Shown here: piece after piece, positions 60,333 through 64,000 of the stretch
Numbering within the stretch: position 1 is the first letter of the stretch
How the letters are laid out: each line of letters begins with the position of its first letter
From: Macrostomum lignano
Taxonomy: Eukaryota
Length of the DNA: 64,000 bases
Assembly: GCA_002269645.1 (NCBI GenBank)
Contig: NIVC01001048.1
Span: forward strand, 104,462 to 168,461
Direction: 5' to 3'
The notes under the pieces: model-generated
What the model saw: the letters and a program-made list of their open reading frames with translations, nothing else
The model's database searches: none
What the model was told of the DNA's origin: nothing
Translations under genes and position numbers: made by a program

Positions 60333-61046
60333 TCACTCAAGTCGGTACTTGACCCAGTCTGCGCTCGTCTCGATCTCCTCCTCCACCTGAGCGTCGGTGA
60401 ACAGCAGCAGGCGGCAGGCTCTCAGCTTGCTGTTGTACAGCACGTGTCTGCAGTTTCCATTGCGCATGGCGGCCGCTGTGCACTCGACAGCGCTGCTCAC
60501 GTTCGTCACGTCAGTGAAGCAGTAAAAAGAGTTGTACTTCGCCCGTTTGAACTCATCAGCTTTCCAGATGCCAGCAGTTGGCTTGAAGGCAGACGGATCC
60601 ACAAACTCGCATACAAAGCCGTATGAATTGCCGCAGGGAATATCAGCAATTAGGTTGTCTACCTTTCGAAGACAGTTTTCCTCACTATAACCCGTAGCGG
60701 ACAAAGCCCTGTCCTCCGGATAGAGTCCTTTGCCGTTGACCCTCTGCCAGCCAGCTCTGCTGTTGCCTCTCTCATCAGCCAGATCGCTAAGTCCGACCCA
60801 CAGTTCGCAGCTGCAGTCGACGGCACGTGTAATATTTCCATTGATCAGCAGCTGCAGCGAGCTGTACGAGTTGATCAGCTCGCCTCCGATCAATGCGCAC
60901 TGCGAATTGGCTGAACACCAGCTGTGGCTGTGAGCTGTGCTCACGAACAGGCACTTGCTATCGGCCTCAATGCTGAATGGGGCTGGGCACAGAAGGGCCG
61001 GCACTGACTGCCAACAGCTCGGCAGAATTAGCAGCAGTAGGAACAT
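60333..61046 (-). CDS. Secreted C-type lectin-like domain + C-terminal PAN/apple-like domain protein, 237 aa, single exon
   Basis: Leader MFLLLLILPSCWQS; CPAPF...SKCLFV, SWCSANSQCALIGGELI, LWVGLSD, ENC...DIPC..SYGFVCE (CTLD cysteine pattern); then SSAVECTAAAMRNGNCRHVLYNSKLRACRL (PAN pattern). First ATG at 61046. Confidence 0.88.
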   Translation of the reverse strand: MFLLLLILPSCWQSVPALLCPAPFSIEADSKCLFVSTAHSHSWCSANSQCALIGGELINSYSSLQLLINGNITRAVDCSCELWVGLSDLADERGNSRAGWQRVNGKGLYPEDRALSATGYSEENCLRKVDNLIADIPCGNSYGFVCEFVDPSAFKPTAGIWKADEFKRAKYNSFYCFTDVTNVSSAVECTAAAMRNGNCRHVLYNSKLRACRLLLFTDAQVEEEIETSADWVKYRLE

Positions 61047-61494
61047 TGTCGAGCATGGATGCGCTTGAAACCAAGTCAAATAATTCAAAGGCTTATATAC
61101 CGTAGGTTCAATACCAATCTACAATCTTTGTGAATAAGTAGATATTACCTGCTTTTCTCTGACTCAGACTGTTTCAGCCACTAAGAACGGCACATTAAAT
61201 GCATTCTCTTAGACCAATGTAGCCTTTGAATTCTACAGACGTCATTTTTTCTTTCACGCTGGTCAAGTTTTCTGAATTCAAATGAATAGAAAAGTCTTTA
61301 TATTTCTGTGAGTCACAGATTGGCACTACGGTTATGTCTGGAGAGAACATTGAGAAATCCTTTGGAAGTTCTGAAATCGATTCTCTCTATTAGAATTTTG
61401 ACCTATCCTATAGGGTCCCAATTGCAGGTTCCAGGATACGAAAGCCCCAGGTCTCGGAGGCGTAAAAGACAATGCTTTCACCCATAGCTGTACA

Positions 61495-61909
61495 CAGGGG
61501 TGTCGCTATGGATTTTATGGTGGGGGTCGGAGGGACGACAAAGCCAAGAATTCTACATGATTATAAATTCAGGGCTTATTTTGGCGCCCCAGGAACACAT
61601 TTTGGCGTCGATCGAGGCGCCTTCTTTGTGGCGTCCTGAAAACATTTTTTTTATTTTCATATCGGGTGACAAATGGTGAAATATCGCGTAGGAGGGATTC
61701 CTCCTCCACACTGGGAAAGGGTATATATCGAAACGACATCAAAATATCGATTATTCATGTCATTTTTTTAAAAATGACATCGCAAAAAGGATTGATTGTT
61801 GCATAATTGTTCCATTTTAGCCATTCTTACATTTAATTGGCTCAAATCAATACTGGGCCGGGGGGCCGGGGGCATGTCCCTTCTGCCCTCCAGTGGCGAC
61901 GCCCCCCTG
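61495..61909. mobile_element. hAT-family MITE, 415 bp
   Basis: 8-bp TSD GCTGTACA (61487-61494 and 61910-61917). TIRs CAGGGGTGTCGC and CAGGGGGGCGTCGC (reverse complement). Confidence 0.9.
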
Positions 61910-63536
61910 GCTGTACAAAAGAGAATGAGTTACTTAACATTTTATCGCGCTTGTACATGTACCAAGTAAAAAGCTGTTTGCCTGCGGCCGAGCAGCCCCT
62001 TGTTTTACGATTCATGATAAAGCATTCACTATAACATCTACCAGAAATTTTCTGCGAATGATGCCTGGATACGCTATACATGTACTGCATTTACTGTACT
62101 ACATATATGTCAATCGCTAATTCTAAGGTGATTTATTGAGTAGTACGTATACATACATATACATTTAATATTGGGTTCTTTATATTGGAAGCTTTTTCTG
62201 CTTCAGAATACTCTCACCTGCCACTTCTGTCAGATGCAGACATATGCAGCCCCCAAGGTATGCGATGTTGAAACCATGGTATAAATATTACATGTAGATC
62301 CTATAGCTACATGTACGCGTGTGGTGCACGCGCATACAGGCGGCAAGCAAGCTGATAAACAATTAGCAAGGGATTGAGACCCATCATGGGCAGGGTCTTG
62401 TCCGCGCTTAACCCTATGTCAGATGTATATGTGCATGTCCCACTTGGACTGGCCTGATCTCGACCCTACACGGCAGGGTACGTACACTGTGCAGTACACA
62501 TATATGTTTTTAATTTTTACCTACTATTGATTCCATGCAGTCACATTTTTCGCGAGAAATTTTGAAAAAGTTTTTTTCACTTTAAGCTCTTCAAATAAAG
62601 CAGTTTTTTTACATATGAGGTCGCTAATTAGCCCGTTTTTCTTCCGCAACTGCTGCTTTTCATGTCTAGCTAACTGTAATTGTGCCGTTGGGGACACAAT
62701 GCAATTAAACCAAGGATACAGTGCACGAGTCTTATTGCACCTATAGATTTAAAATTAAATAAACACGATTTTCTAAAAAGAAAGAGAAATGTGATGCCGA
62801 AATCACGGAATTTAAAAAATTCTCAAATAATGATTTGCCCATTTGCTTTCACTATATAGTTTTAATACACCGGACAACCGTAAAACAAAACTTCAGTGCA
62901 AATACCTGCACATTAATTTTAGTAGTTAATTTATCGTAAAAATTGTCAAAAGTTGTCTTTTCAAATTGAGCTAATATACTTTACTTAATTTACCACAAGA
63001 GTCTACAGCGTTGATACATTTTTGAATACTTTATATTCTTAGATTGTATTTGCAATTCGTTGTTTCTTAAATTATGCGTTTAGTTGGTATTAAAAAATTA
63101 AAGGTATTACCTTTTTCGTGGACTTATAATTTGCTTATTTTTAAAGCTTAAATAGTTGGTCATTTTCTAGCAAGACGTTATTTTCGTTTTTCTGTTATTT
63201 GTGTCATGTGGCTGTTTATATATTATTTATCATTGTATCAGTATCACGAGCTTTATGTTTCTGAATTTTGTACACTTGTTTCATAAGCACCGAGATTCAT
63301 CAAGACTAAAACTTTTAATGAAGCGCAGAAGTCACTTATAATATAAAATTAACAAAATATGTCTTTGTGATTCTTCTAGCCCATTCTATAATTTCCAACT
63401 TAAAACTATATTATAGTTTATTTGAAGAGTTTTTCTTTCATATTATTGCAAAAAGAATAGTTTGAAGTTATTAATCCTAAGTATAATGATAAATATTTTC
63501 TTCATTCCTTATCCGGACAATATTTCCATATCCGAA

Positions 63537-64000
63537 TTATTTTAGTTTTCGTTCAATTGCAGCCAGTTGAAAACATGTCAGACATGATTCAATCAAGATA
63601 AAACCGATCTCTACAGCACTTGTTTGGAAAAATTTTCTACCGATCCGCTGCGCAATCTGCCCTGCGAGCTGCAAAGTCAAATCCTCAGCCTGCTCGACTG
63701 TCGCTCGCTTGCAAACTGCCGTCTGGTAAACTCCCATTGGCTGGCTCGAGTTGACTTTGATAGCCATTTGTGGTCGGCCGTCGGCCTTCGGATGGGCCTG
63801 CGTCGGCGACCGTCTCGCGATTGCGCCAGCGATCGGCGCTTCATACAGGAGACAGCAGCGAAGTGCCGGCTGTCGTGCGCCTGGATTGACTGCACCGAGG
63901 GCGCGTGGGAGCGGACCGACAGCGGCCAAGTCGGTCTGTCGCCAATGACAACGTCGCCAAAATTGAAGTCGCTGTGGCGATTGGTCTGTCTGCGTGTTTG
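63537..64000 (-). other. GC-rich segment open in two minus-strand frames and running off the window; possible exon or transposon fragment
   Basis: Sharp GC rise from about 63600 with stop-free frames. No recognisable domain. Confidence 0.25.

Overview
This is eukaryotic (animal) genomic DNA, not prokaryotic: it has spliceosomal introns, TTAGGG repeats and introns filled with minisatellites. That style suggests a flatworm such as Macrostomum (inference, unverified). All reconstructed host genes are on the minus strand: (1) a signal peptide + PAN + fibrinogen-domain gene disrupted by a frameshift and a stop; (2) a 5-exon CYP2-clan cytochrome P450 with two 1-nt frameshifts; (3) a 5-exon ATRX/XNP SNF2 remodeller with no ADD-domain exon visible; (4) two adjacent genes with herpesvirus-tegument-type (peptidase C76-like) deubiquitinase domains, one with catalytic motifs intact and one with His replaced by Cys; (5) a secreted C-type lectin + PAN protein. 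Mobile DNA comprises a 3.8-kb hAT transposon with an 8-bp TSD in P450 intron 2, two hAT MITEs, a 2.76-kb non-autonomous element with 8-bp TSD carrying about 48 tandem copies of the 5' splice-site consensus, a head-to-tail array of non-autonomous Helitrons carrying a minisatellite and telomeric repeats, a decayed RTE LINE split by a solo LTR, and a Tc1/mariner relic. Most long ORFs in the supplied track are translations of tandem repeats. There is no CRISPR array. The strongest novelty candidates are the herpes-like DUB/pseudo-DUB pair, the Helitron concatemer and the splice-site-word arrays. Exon boundaries were derived by hand from GT(GC)-AG sites and frame continuity; domain names come from motif recognition, not database searches.
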